From contig CAXWPL010000001.1 of NCBI GenBank assembly GCA_963666215.2, positions 320,001 to 384,000 of the forward strand: a DNA stretch of 64,000 bases. Reading direction: 5' to 3'. A program made the position numbers and the translations under genes. The stretch is from Acidobacteriota bacterium (lineage in GTDB: Bacteria > Acidobacteriota > UBA890 > WLXD01). Of this stretch, positions 18,689 to 28,544 are shown one piece after another (the stretch's first letter is position 1; each line of letters begins with the position of its first letter). The notes beneath the pieces are model-generated. The model made no database searches and was not told the origin of the DNA. It saw only the letters and a program-made list of their open reading frames with translations.

Positions 18689-20521
18689 CTAGTCGCGCAG
18701 CCGGCCGTAAAGGAATCCCGCACAGGCAATGGCTATCGCGGCGCCGAACGCCGCTGTTCCGTGCCGGTGGGCAACGAGATACATCGGCGACAGGTAGAGC
18801 GCCGTGATGCCGACGATCGCCAACAGAGTATTGAGGGCAACGGCTCCCGCCCGGCGGTCGTCGTCCGCCATTTCCACGTTGCGCGTGTTGTGTCCGCCGT
18901 CGTTCGTGGCCGTGGTCATGGGGGCGGCGACCGCCTGTTTGACCTCCGACCAAGCACCGAACGGCCGCACCGTCCGGTAGAAATCGGCGAGCACGCCAGA
19001 GTCGGTTGGCGGCGTAGCGAACGTCCCGACCAGGCAACCCAGCACCGACCCGAAGCAAACCACCGGAAACACGACGTAGAGCGGTAGCTCCGGCGACACC
19101 AGCCCGATCAGCGACAATCCGATGCCGCCGGCTACACCCCAGGCGTAGCCCCAGCCGTTGAGTCGCCACCAGTACCAGCGCAGGACGTTCGGAATGATGA
19201 CTCCGGCCCCCAGCGCCATCATCATCCAGTTCCACACCCCGGCAATGGAGTCGACGCTGAATCCGATCGCAACGCCAACCAGCACCACACCGACGGTCGA
19301 GATCTTGCTGATCCGAATGAGGTGTTGCTCCGACGCATCCGGGGCGACCAGCGGCTGCCACAAATCCCGCACTACGAAGGACGCACCAGCGTTGACGGTG
19401 GAGCTGAAAGTCGACATGAACGCAGCCAGGAGCCCCGCGATCACAACGCCGCGCACTCCGGGCGGCAGGTAGAGGCGCAGCACTTCGGGCATCACGAGCT
19501 CCGGATCGCCGGCGGCCACCAGACCGGTTGCCGCGAGCAGGGCGATGCCCATCACCATTCCCCAGCGCAGCACCAGAAAGAACGGCCAAGCGGCGGCCAC
19601 CTTCGTGGCCTCCCTCGAGTCCCGACTCGCCAGGTAGCGCTGGAAATCGTAGAGCTGCGCCGGACCGCCGGCGTTCATCAGCAAGCCTTTGGCCACCCAG
19701 ACGATGGTCAGAAGGCCGAACATCTCGAACGCAGCGGTGCTCGGGTCGCCGGCAAGATCGGCGCGGCGCCAGACCGGCGCCAATCGAAAGAAGCCTTCCG
19801 AGGTGTGGCTGGCGATCAGCTCAGGCGTGAGATTAACGTAGGCAATGCCCATGATCAGCACCGACGCGAGCGAAAGCACAACCGCCTGAATGACGTCCGT
19901 TACGACGACGCCGTAGAGGCCGCCTGAGACGACGTATGTCGTTGTCAGGGCGAGGATCGTTACGGCGAGCACCGCCGGCTGATTCGCCAACAACCAGACG
20001 GCGGTGCCATCGGGTAGTCGCAGCGGCATCATCGCGACGATCCCGTCGAGCGGCAAGTAAACCGACGCGAACTTGCCAATGCCTTGGAATGCGTAGCCGA
20101 CGGCTGCCGCGGAATAGATCACCGCGGTGGCGGCGTACGCGGTACGTGCCGCCGCCCCTTCGCGCCCCTGGCCGAATCGCGTGGTCATCCACTCGGCCGC
20201 GGTCATGACGTTCGACCGCCGGACCCATCGAGCCATGTGCGTCAGCGCGAAGGCGGGCAACGCCACGCCCCACATCCAGTGATGCCACCACGACTGCATT
20301 CCTACAACGAGCAACACCGAGACCATCCACATGGTTCCGGTGATGTCGAAGTTCGACACGGCGCCGGAAGCCGACAGCGCCAGCCAGTGGATGCGTCGAC
20401 CACCCAGGAAGTAGGCGTCGAGGCCGGCCTGAGCTCGCCGACGGAACCAGAGGCCACAGCCCACGACGAGCGCGAAGTAGGCCGCGATCGCGACCCAATC
20501 TACCGGCGCGAGCCGACTCAT
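18689..20521 (-). CDS. Sodium:solute symporter (SSS family)
   Basis: YFLGGR, FDITGTM, GGLYGVVVTDVIQ, GLLAAFMSTFSSTVN. Many TM helices. Confidence 0.92.
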   Translation of the reverse strand: MSRLAPVDWVAIAAYFALVVGCGLWFRRRAQAGLDAYFLGGRRIHWLALSASGAVSNFDITGTMWMVSVLLVVGMQSWWHHWMWGVALPAFALTHMARWVRRSNVMTAAEWMTTRFGQGREGAAARTAYAATAVIYSAAAVGYAFQGIGKFASVYLPLDGIVAMMPLRLPDGTAVWLLANQPAVLAVTILALTTTYVVSGGLYGVVVTDVIQAVVLSLASVLIMGIAYVNLTPELIASHTSEGFFRLAPVWRRADLAGDPSTAAFEMFGLLTIVWVAKGLLMNAGGPAQLYDFQRYLASRDSREATKVAAAWPFFLVLRWGMVMGIALLAATGLVAAGDPELVMPEVLRLYLPPGVRGVVIAGLLAAFMSTFSSTVNAGASFVVRDLWQPLVAPDASEQHLIRISKISTVGVVLVGVAIGFSVDSIAGVWNWMMMALGAGVIIPNVLRWYWWRLNGWGYAWGVAGGIGLSLIGLVSPELPLYVVFPVVCFGSVLGCLVGTFATPPTDSGVLADFYRTVRPFGAWSEVKQAVAAPMTTATNDGGHNTRNVEMADDDRRAGAVALNTLLAIVGITALYLSPMYLVAHRHGTAAFGAAIAIACAGFLYGRLRD

Positions 20522-22473
20522 CGAACGGCTGCCTTGATGGTTGCGGAGACCTCGTCGGGCGCGAGGGCCGAGGCAGGCCGAACGATGTACGGGCCGACCG
20601 CCGCGGGAACAACGAACACCTCGGCATAGCCTGCTCGGAAAGGCTCGAAGGCGCCGCTCGGGCTCTCGACCACCACCGGCCCGCCCTCTACGACGGCGAG
20701 CACATCCACGCTACCGCCCGTGTCGTGTTCAACGGCACGAGTGAACCAGTGCCGGCGGGTCTCGATGAACTGCGACTCGTGCAGCCCCGTACGCTCTTCG
20801 CGAACGCCCGGAGAGTCGGGCAGAACCTCGACGCGATCGAGCGCTTCCCGCGCGGCCCAATCGCGGTTGTGCTCCCAACGCAGATTCGCCAGCCCACGCT
20901 CCAGGTGAATTGGCCGCGGGCGGCCGTCGAGCCCCACCCGACCCCAGTCCCATAGCTTGAAGGTGAAAATGTATGGCGTGGCGCTGATCTCGAGCACCAT
21001 GCTATTGCGGCCCTGGCAGTGAATCGTCCCCGCCGGAATCGAGACGTGGTCGTGCTTGCGCACAGGCCAAACGCAGACATGCCGCTCGGCCTCGAACTCC
21101 GTCCCGTCCGTCCCCTCCTTCCCAGGTTCGTGGGCCGCGCGCAAATCGCGCTCCAGCAGAGCCGGATCTGCGCCGTTGCGCAGCCCGAGAACCATCTCGG
21201 CGCCTGGTTCCGCGTCGAGAAAATAGTAGCTCTCGTCCTGCGTGTAGGTGAGGCCGAAGTGCTCCCGCGCGTACTCCGCAGTGGGATGAACCTGCAGGCT
21301 GAGATTGCCACCGCCCATCGTATCGAGCAGATCGAAGCGGATAGGAAACTCGCCGAAGCGCTCGTAGACGTCCCGGCCGATAAGGGCCTCGGGTTCCAGG
21401 AGCACGAGATTGATTGCCGGAGTCTCCAGCGTCACGTCGCCGAACTGAAGCAGTAGCGAGTTCTCCTCGGGCACGCAGTTGAAACACCAGGCGTAGTTCG
21501 GGGGTCGAGCGTCGGCGGGACGGTGGTCGTCGAGACCGCAGACTCGGCGCATCCACTGACCACCCCAGGGGCCCGGATCGAAGAATGGCACCACGCTGAA
21601 CGGTTGCTTCACCACCTGCGACAGGGCCGCGCGATACGCGTCGCCGGTGACGAGCCGCGGCTCTCCGGGGCGCGTGGTGTCGAGCACGAAGTCGCAGGTG
21701 GGCAGAAACGTTTGCTTGTGGCAGTCGCAGGCTCGCCAGTCGACGAAGAACGCCCGTTTGTACTGAGCTGCGGCGGGTGCGGCTCGATCTTCCGAGCCGA
21801 GGTTGGCGATCTCGTTGCGCCGGAAGCGCAGCTGGTGCTCCCAGCGCGGCATGTCGGCATAGATCGTCACGCAGCGATCTCCAGCGAGGTCGTGTGCCGA
21901 GGGCGCGTGGCTACTGCGAACGGCTGAGGACAGCGCTCCGGCGGACCCGGCAACAAACGCGGCGCCGACCCCCAAGAGAAGAACCGCCCTGGGGCGCGAC
22001 TCGGACCCCTCGGCGCCCGGCGCGTCGGGTTCGCAGCGCATCGCGCGATGAATCGCCGTTCGTAGAGCTGCCAGTCGATCGGGTTCGAAAAAGTCCTCGA
22101 GCTCGAGGTCGGTCAGCCGACCAAACACCGGATCGTCGCCAGGATCAGGGGTGAGATCAGGAGCTACGAGCGCGTCGATCGCCTCGGCAGATCGCAGCGC
22201 GTCTCTGGTGCGAAACACCGGGACGGCCTCCCGTCCGCCGCTCAGGGCGAGCGCATGGCGCAGCTCCTCACAGTCGCCGATCTCGTCCTCGAACACGCCA
22301 GTATGGCAATCGACCACGACAAGCCGCGCTCGCCCACCGTCTTGCGCCGCCGCCTTCACTGCGTCGGCGATGGCGCGGGCCACCGCGCTCCAGCCCTGCC
22401 GGGCGACGTCGACCCCATCCATGTCGACCACCACGGATGGGCTGCGATTGAAGTGGGACCCGGTGCCGGTCAT
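20518..22473 (-). CDS. Long-form class I mannose-6-phosphate isomerase-like protein
   Basis: PGPWGGQW, FPIRFDLLD, LSLQVHP, QDESYY, IPAGTIH, LEIS cupin motifs behind a ~290-aa N-terminal extension. Confidence 0.85.
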   Translation of the reverse strand: MTGTGSHFNRSPSVVVDMDGVDVARQGWSAVARAIADAVKAAAQDGGRARLVVVDCHTGVFEDEIGDCEELRHALALSGGREAVPVFRTRDALRSAEAIDALVAPDLTPDPGDDPVFGRLTDLELEDFFEPDRLAALRTAIHRAMRCEPDAPGAEGSESRPRAVLLLGVGAAFVAGSAGALSSAVRSSHAPSAHDLAGDRCVTIYADMPRWEHQLRFRRNEIANLGSEDRAAPAAAQYKRAFFVDWRACDCHKQTFLPTCDFVLDTTRPGEPRLVTGDAYRAALSQVVKQPFSVVPFFDPGPWGGQWMRRVCGLDDHRPADARPPNYAWCFNCVPEENSLLLQFGDVTLETPAINLVLLEPEALIGRDVYERFGEFPIRFDLLDTMGGGNLSLQVHPTAEYAREHFGLTYTQDESYYFLDAEPGAEMVLGLRNGADPALLERDLRAAHEPGKEGTDGTEFEAERHVCVWPVRKHDHVSIPAGTIHCQGRNSMVLEISATPYIFTFKLWDWGRVGLDGRPRPIHLERGLANLRWEHNRDWAAREALDRVEVLPDSPGVREERTGLHESQFIETRRHWFTRAVEHDTGGSVDVLAVVEGGPVVVESPSGAFEPFRAGYAEVFVVPAAVGPYIVRPASALAPDEVSATIKAAVR

Positions 22474-22498
22474 CGCACCACGACGGTGGGCGGTGCCG

Positions 22499-23488
22499 TC
22501 ACTGCGCGGTCGAGTCAAACTGGGACGCCAGCCCCACCAGGGCCGCCGTCTCCCCGAGATCAGCGGGAACAATCTCGAGTGGCGATGCAGCCGTAGAGCG
22601 CCAGGCGTGCGCGCCCACGTAGTCGCGGACGGCCGGCAAGATCTTGTCGGCGCTGCCCATGGCGCCGCCTCCAAGAATCACGATCTCCGGGTCGTAGGCA
22701 TGCACGAGGTTGACGACCGCGGCGCCCCAGCCTCGCAGGACGCGAGCGCGAATCGCCGCTCGCTGGGCGGATGCGGCGCCTGTGATGGCTGGGGTGTCGG
22801 TTTCCGGGTCGAACTCGGTTCCGCCTGCACCGACCGCAACGACACCGGGGGCGGACTCTGAGAACAACCATTGGAGATCGGCGTGGTCGCCAAGCTCGCG
22901 CCGCAACGCCCAGGTAGAGGCGTGGGTTTCAACGCAGCCGACGTTGGTACACAGGCACGGGTCGCCGTCGACGTCGATCGTGAAGTGACCGCCGAGATTG
23001 CCGGCGGCCCCGTTGGCACCGCGCAGCGGCTTGCCGTCGAGGATCACGGCGCAGCCGACGCCGGTGCCGAGAGTCAGCATGGCGACGTTGTCAACGCCTC
23101 GACCGGCTCCATGCCGCCACTCGCCCAGCAGCGCGGCGCGGGCGTCGTTTTCCATCAACAACGGTAGCCCGAGCTCGTCGCGACTCCAGCCAACGAGATC
23201 GAGCTCGGCGGCGTCGGGATACTTCGTAAGCCGCGAGACCACGCGGCGCCGTTCAACGTCCAGCAGGCAAGGCAGCGCCATGCCAACGCCAACGACGTGC
23301 TTCTGGCTTACTCCTGCGGATTCGCACAGCGCCGCCAGCGAAGCGACCAGCGTCGGCAGGCTTCGAGCTAGACCTCTTCCGGCCTCGGCGGGCACCCGCC
23401 GTGCTGCAAGCACCTCGGCGCTGTCGACCGCACGGACCAAACCGAGCTTGATGGTCGTGCCGCCGAGATCAATCGAGTAGACAAGCAT
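22499..23488 (-). CDS. ROK-family sugar kinase
   Basis: IDLGGT, ENDA, TLGTGVG, GH, CxCxxxGCVE. Confidence 0.92.
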   Translation of the reverse strand: MLVYSIDLGGTTIKLGLVRAVDSAEVLAARRVPAEAGRGLARSLPTLVASLAALCESAGVSQKHVVGVGMALPCLLDVERRRVVSRLTKYPDAAELDLVGWSRDELGLPLLMENDARAALLGEWRHGAGRGVDNVAMLTLGTGVGCAVILDGKPLRGANGAAGNLGGHFTIDVDGDPCLCTNVGCVETHASTWALRRELGDHADLQWLFSESAPGVVAVGAGGTEFDPETDTPAITGAASAQRAAIRARVLRGWGAAVVNLVHAYDPEIVILGGGAMGSADKILPAVRDYVGAHAWRSTAASPLEIVPADLGETAALVGLASQFDSTAQ

Positions 23489-23539
23489 TGGCGCAGGATA
23501 CCGTCCGAAGGGCTGGCGCAAATTCTTTCTCGAATGATC

Positions 23540-23568
23540 TTGACTGATCAGTCCATGTTAGCTACAGT
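23540..23568 (+). promoter_or_regulatory. sigma70 promoter overlapped by a palindromic operator
   Basis: TTGACT-17 bp-TACAGT. Perfect palindrome GACTGATCAGTC at 23542-23553. Confidence 0.7.
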
Positions 23569-23575
23569 CGCCGCC

Positions 23576-24175
23576 ATGGCAATCACACGACCCGGACCCG
23601 ACAAACAATTCGACCGCGACCAGGCCCTGGGCGCGGCGCTCGGCCTTTTCTGGAAACAGGGCTACGAAGCCACCGGTATCAGCGAGCTCCTCGACGCCAT
23701 GGGCATCGGACGCCAGAGCATGTACAACACGTTCGGCAACAAACGAGCCCTGTTTCTCGAAGCGCTGGGCTCCTACCTCGATCGACTCGGTGGACGCGTG
23801 TTCGCGCAGCTGCGTGCCCCGGGATCGCCGCTCGACAACGTCGAGAAGGTGTTCGGGATCTGGGAGGAGATGGCGGACGAGCATTGCGATAGTGGTTGCC
23901 TGCTCGGCAACACCGTCCTGGAGCTCGGACCGCGCGACCCGGAAATCGCGACCGCGATGCAAACCGCCATCGGCGCCCTGCGGCGTGAGTTCGCGAACGT
24001 CTTCCAGCGCGCTCAGGAGGCCGGCGAGCTCAACAGCGAGCTCGACCCCGAGGACCTCGCCCACCTGGTGGCTGCCACCGGACAAGGCGCGGCTCTTCTC
24101 ACCAAAGCCTATGGATCCCCCGAAGTTGGCAAGAGCGTTCTTCGCAGTCTTTCGAAACTCTTGAGAGGCACCTGA
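23576..24175 (+). CDS. TetR/AcrR-family regulator (ComR/NemR-like)
   Basis: FWKQGYEATGISELLDAMGIGRQSMYNTFGNKRALF HTH and GCLLGN motif. Confidence 0.93.
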   Translation: MAITRPGPDKQFDRDQALGAALGLFWKQGYEATGISELLDAMGIGRQSMYNTFGNKRALFLEALGSYLDRLGGRVFAQLRAPGSPLDNVEKVFGIWEEMADEHCDSGCLLGNTVLELGPRDPEIATAMQTAIGALRREFANVFQRAQEAGELNSELDPEDLAHLVAATGQGAALLTKAYGSPEVGKSVLRSLSKLLRGT

Positions 24176-24215
24176 GCGATGCAGCCCGTCGCGCCTGATT
24201 TTTTTTGTACCGAAC

Positions 24216-24233
24216 GTGGATTGATCAGTCCAC
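24216..24233. promoter_or_regulatory. Second copy of the TetR operator upstream of the MMPL gene
   Basis: GTGGATTGATCAGTCCAC: 18-bp palindrome with one mismatch, sharing TGATCAGTCCA with the site at 23542. Confidence 0.7.
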
Positions 24234-24312
24234 ATTGTGGAACCTCGAACATTCCGCCCACAGACCGACACGCTACTCTCATCCTCGCAACCATTCGATC
24301 CGGAGAAAGCTC

Positions 24313-26654
24313 GTGAGCCCCGATCAGTACAACCTCAGCGACCGATTTGCCGTTCGCCTCAGCGACCTCGTCACCGGCAGGCCCTGGCTGGCGATCATCG
24401 CATCGCTGGTTCTGGTTGTTGCCGCCTCCAGCGGCGCCCGTTTTCTGGATTTCTCGAACAACTACCGCGTGTTCTTCAGCCCCGAGAACCCCGACCTGCT
24501 GGCGTTCGAGGAGTTCCAGAACACCTACACCAAGAACGACAACATTCTGTTCATCGTCCAGTCGGGCGCCGAACAGGGCGACGTGTTCGACGCCGATCTT
24601 GCCAGCGACCTCGAGTGGCTCACGGCTGAGGCGTGGCAGATTCCGTACGCGATCCGGGTCGACTCGGTGACGAATTTCCAGCACTCCTGGGCCGACGGCG
24701 ACGACCTCACGGTCGAGGACCTGGTCCGCGACGCCGAATCTCTCGGGCAGGCCGAGCTCGAGCGGCGACGCGCGATCGCGTTGGCCGAGCCACTGCTGCG
24801 CGGCAATCTGATTTCGCCCGACGCCCGTACGACCGGCGTCAATGTCACGCTGCAGTACCCCGAGGAGAGCCTCACCGAGGTGCCTCGAGCGGTGGGACAC
24901 GCACGCGACCTAGCGCGCCAGCTGCGCGAGCGGCAGCCCGGCGCGACAGTGGCGCTCAGCGGCGTGTCGATGCTCAACAACGCCTTCGCCGAGGCGGGCC
25001 AAACCGACGCCATGACGCTCTTGCCGGGCATGTTCGCCGTTCTCGTGGTCTTCATGTCTCTGGTGCTGCGAAGCTTCGCGGGCACCACCGGGACGGTGCT
25101 GGTGATCGCGTTCGCGGCGCTGAGCGCCCTGGGGCTCGCGGGCCACGCCGGCATGCGCCTCGACCCGATCTCGCTGACCGCGCCGATCATCATCATGACG
25201 CTCGGGATCGCCGACAGTGTCCATATCTTGATCACGGTCCTGACGCTCATGCGCCGCGGCAGCGAGAAGGCAGCGGCGATCCGCGAGAGCCTGCGCACCA
25301 ACTTCATGCCGGTATTCGTCACGAGCCTGACGACGATCATCGGCTTCTTGTGCCTGAATTTCTCCGATTCGCCACCCTTCTGGTACCTCGGCAACATCAC
25401 CGCGATGGGTATCTCCGCGGCTTTCCTCTACTCGGTGGTGTTCCTCCCGGCGTTCCTCACCGTGGTCCCGCTCAAGGTCCGACGGGCGAAAGAAGGCAAC
25501 CAGGCACCGCGCGCACTGATGCAGTCTCCGATTGGGTCATCACGCGCTACCGGCCGGTCGCGCTCGTCATCGGCACGGCCACCATCGTGCTCGTCACGAT
25601 GATCCCGACAATCGATCTGAACGACGAGTTCGTGAAGTACTTCGACTATCGCATCCCGTTCCGAGGCGATGCGGAGTGGGGCATGGAGCACCTCAACGGC
25701 ATCTACCTCGTCGAGTTCTCGGTGGAGGCCGAGTCGGAGGGTGGTATCAGCAACCCCGCCTACCTGCGTGATCTCGATCGGTTCACCGCGTGGCTGCGCG
25801 AGCAACCCGAAGTTACCCATGCATTCAGCTACACCGATGTCGTCAAGCGCCTCAACAAGAACATGCACGGCGACGACGAGGTTTGGTACACGGTCCCTGA
25901 GACTCGCGAGATGGCCGCGCAGTACCTGCTGCTCTACGAGCTCTCGTTGCCCTACGGCCTCGACCTCAACGACCGCATCAGCATTGACAAGTCGGCCACA
26001 CGGGTTACGGCCAGCCTCGGCAACCTTTCCACAGGGGAGATCCGCAGCGTTTTCGAGCGTGCCGAGGCCTGGCTACGCGCCGAAGCTCAGGAATCGATGT
26101 GGGCCGACGCCACCAGCGCCAGCGTAATGTTTGCGCGCATTTCCGAACGCAACATCCGCAGCATGCTGCGCGGCAACGCGGTGGCGATCGTGCTGATCTC
26201 GATTGTTCTGATGATCACCCTGCGCAGCATCGGCATCGGCGTTCTGAGCCTGATTCCCAACGCCATCCCGATCCTCATGACGTTCGGGCTGTGGGCGATT
26301 CTCGTTCGACAGGTGGGAATGGCGGCGGCGACGGTGTCGGCCACTTCTCTGGGCATCGTCGTCGACGACACCGTTCACTTCCTGGCCAAGTACCTGCGCG
26401 CCCGGCGGGAGAACGGCTACGATCGGCCGGCAGCGATCCGCTACGCGTTCGAGATGGTGGGCACGGCGCTTGTCAGCACCACCGTGATTCTTTCCTTCGG
26501 ATTCGCCGTGCTGGCGCTGTCGTCGTTCCGCATCAACGCCCAGATGGGACTGCTGACGATGATGGCCATCGTGCTGGCCCTCGCCACCGACCTGCTTCTG
26601 CTTCCCGCACTTCTAATGATCGGCCACCGATCCCCCGACGAGGAGACCGTCACC
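24313..26654 (+). pseudogene. MMPL/RND-family transporter, frameshifted near 25518
   Basis: Two RND halves (GIADSVH...TSLTTIIGF and GIVVDDTVHF...STTVILSFGF) in different frames, switching at ...GCACTGATGCAGTC. Could be a sequencing indel. Confidence 0.85.
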
Positions 26655-27050
26655 GTGAAAAGCAACACCGAGCTCGAATTGGGTAAGGTAATCTCCGCAC
26701 TGCTCGTGGGCGCACTGCTGATGGTCGGCAGCGCATCTGCACACCCGGCGACGTCCCAGAGCGGCGACACCTCGATTGCCTCAGCGGCGCGCGAGAAACT
26801 GACCAACGTCGACCTGGACGAGGCCCTGCGCGGCGTCGACCTCACGCCGGAGGAGCGCGGCTGGGCCATCGCGGCACGTTCCGACCGCACCGATCGCGGC
26901 TTTGTTGACAGCATTGTGGAGCTCCAGATGCTGCTGCGTAACGCGGCTGGCGACGAGAGCACCCGCAGCCTCATTCTCAACACGCTCGAGGTGCCCGACG
27001 AGAGTGTTGGCGATCGGAGCATGATCGTCTTCGATCGCCCGGCCGATATT
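26655..27050 (+). pseudogene. Outer-membrane lipoprotein-sorting (LolA-like) protein, N-terminal part only
   Basis: GAGGAG RBS + GTG, signal peptide, TPEERGWAIA...DRGFVD...MLLRNAAGDESTR...GDRSMIVFDRPADI, then an abrupt loss of protein-like sequence. Confidence 0.75.
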
Positions 27051-27159
27051 GTGAGTTGTCGGGCGCGGGGCGGGGCAGCGGGTACCGTGCAAGCCGCGGA
27101 GTTGGCTGGAACGCTAACGTGAGCGCGGAGGCGAGCCGGGCTCGAATCACGCTGCGTCG

Positions 27160-27537
27160 CTAGCGCCGCGGCCCGTAGCTGCCGATGAGCTGGTTGACGC
27201 CGTAGCCATAGCGGGAGGCGTAGCCACGGAAGTGGCCGCAGCTCGCGTGGTGGTAGTGGGTGTTGCCGCGGCTGTAGCAGAAGCGTCCGCAGCCGCGAGC
27301 ACCGGACAGATAGGTGCTGACGAAGTAGTAGCCACTACCGTAGCCGCGCGGGCGATAGAGCACCTGATAGTGACCACCTCCGAGACGGAAGCGAGACCCG
27401 TACAGGTAGTCGGAGTAGTAGCTGCTGGACGAAGCGCGGATCGAGGCTCCGTAGTGCGAGTGGAAGCCGGCGAGCAGGAGCGTGGCGCTCGCTGCGAGCA
27501 GCAGTCCTAGCAGGACCCTGGCGCGGCGTTTGAACAT
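27160..27537 (-). CDS. Small secreted Tyr/Gly/Ser/Arg-rich protein
   Basis: RBS GGAGG, basic n-region plus hydrophobic signal, host-like codon usage. Confidence 0.75.
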   Translation of the reverse strand: MFKRRARVLLGLLLAASATLLLAGFHSHYGASIRASSSSYYSDYLYGSRFRLGGGHYQVLYRPRGYGSGYYFVSTYLSGARGCGRFCYSRGNTHYHHASCGHFRGYASRYGYGVNQLIGSYGPRR

Positions 27538-27664
27538 GAGATTCCTCCGCGTTCCGAGTGGAAGACGGCCGGAAGCAGAGGACCTACGAATAGTGAAGCA
27601 GAAACCAGGTGCGCCGCGCTATGACAGCGCGTAAGCCCGCCTACTGGCGTACTCATTAGAGGGC

Positions 27665-28495
27665 CTAGCGGAGCACGATCGCCACAACGCCTGCGACAAT
27701 CATCGCTGCGCCCGCCAAGCGTCCCCCCAGGGGGCCGACAGGGGCCACCTTCTCGAGCAGAACAAAGAACGTGATCGCGGCGATCCACAGCAGGTTCATG
27801 ACGCCGCCGAAGAAGAGCAGCCCCATCAACGCCCAACAGCATCCGATACAGAAGCCGCCATGCCCGAAGCCCATGCGGAAGGCGCCGAGCGTGCCCGGAT
27901 GCCAGTGCCGCGCGAAGAAATGGGCGGGCGCACGGCAATGCTCCAAGCAGACGCTTTTCGCGGGCGTCAGCTGGTAGATGCCTGCAGCGATCAACAAGAG
28001 GGCACCGAGCGCGGGGCTGGTCGCCACCATCATCGGCGACAACAGTGCGGCTTGGTCGAGCGCCCACTGCGCCGCGGTGGCGAGGACGCTGAAGAGACAC
28101 CACATGGCGAGGTAGCCAGCGACGAAAGCTCCCGTCGGTGCGAGGGTGGCGCCCTGCCTCGCGGCTTTGCGGGCGACAGCAGCGTAGAGAAGCGTCATTG
28201 GCGCCGCGCTGGGCACCATCATCCCCACCATCATCACTGACCACATCAGGAACATCAGCAGGAAGTCGAGCGTGGCCCAAGGGCGCACGCCCGCGACGTC
28301 CATGTCGCTGGCCATGGCACCGCCGGTGGCCATAGACCCGGCTCCCGCCATGTCACCCATCTCGAGCGCCACGTACACGAGGTATGCCCAGGCAAGCAGC
28401 GTCACGCCGGCGAGGGCCACCAGAATCGCGATACGGTCGCGACGAGGCAGTGTGGGGGCCGTAGGGGTGACGGGGTCCCGGGAGTCACTCACCAT
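27665..28495 (-). CDS. DUF2182 predicted metal-binding integral membrane protein
   Basis: MWSVMMVGMMVPSAAP, YQLTPAKSVCLEHCRAP, CIGCCWALM, GGVMNLLW, LEK. Confidence 0.92.
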   Translation of the reverse strand: MVSDSRDPVTPTAPTLPRRDRIAILVALAGVTLLAWAYLVYVALEMGDMAGAGSMATGGAMASDMDVAGVRPWATLDFLLMFLMWSVMMVGMMVPSAAPMTLLYAAVARKAARQGATLAPTGAFVAGYLAMWCLFSVLATAAQWALDQAALLSPMMVATSPALGALLLIAAGIYQLTPAKSVCLEHCRAPAHFFARHWHPGTLGAFRMGFGHGGFCIGCCWALMGLLFFGGVMNLLWIAAITFFVLLEKVAPVGPLGGRLAGAAMIVAGVVAIVLR

Positions 28496-28544
28496 CGTTT
28501 CAACACGTCCGCTCGCGGCGACTGCGAGCCGCGTGGACTCGAGC

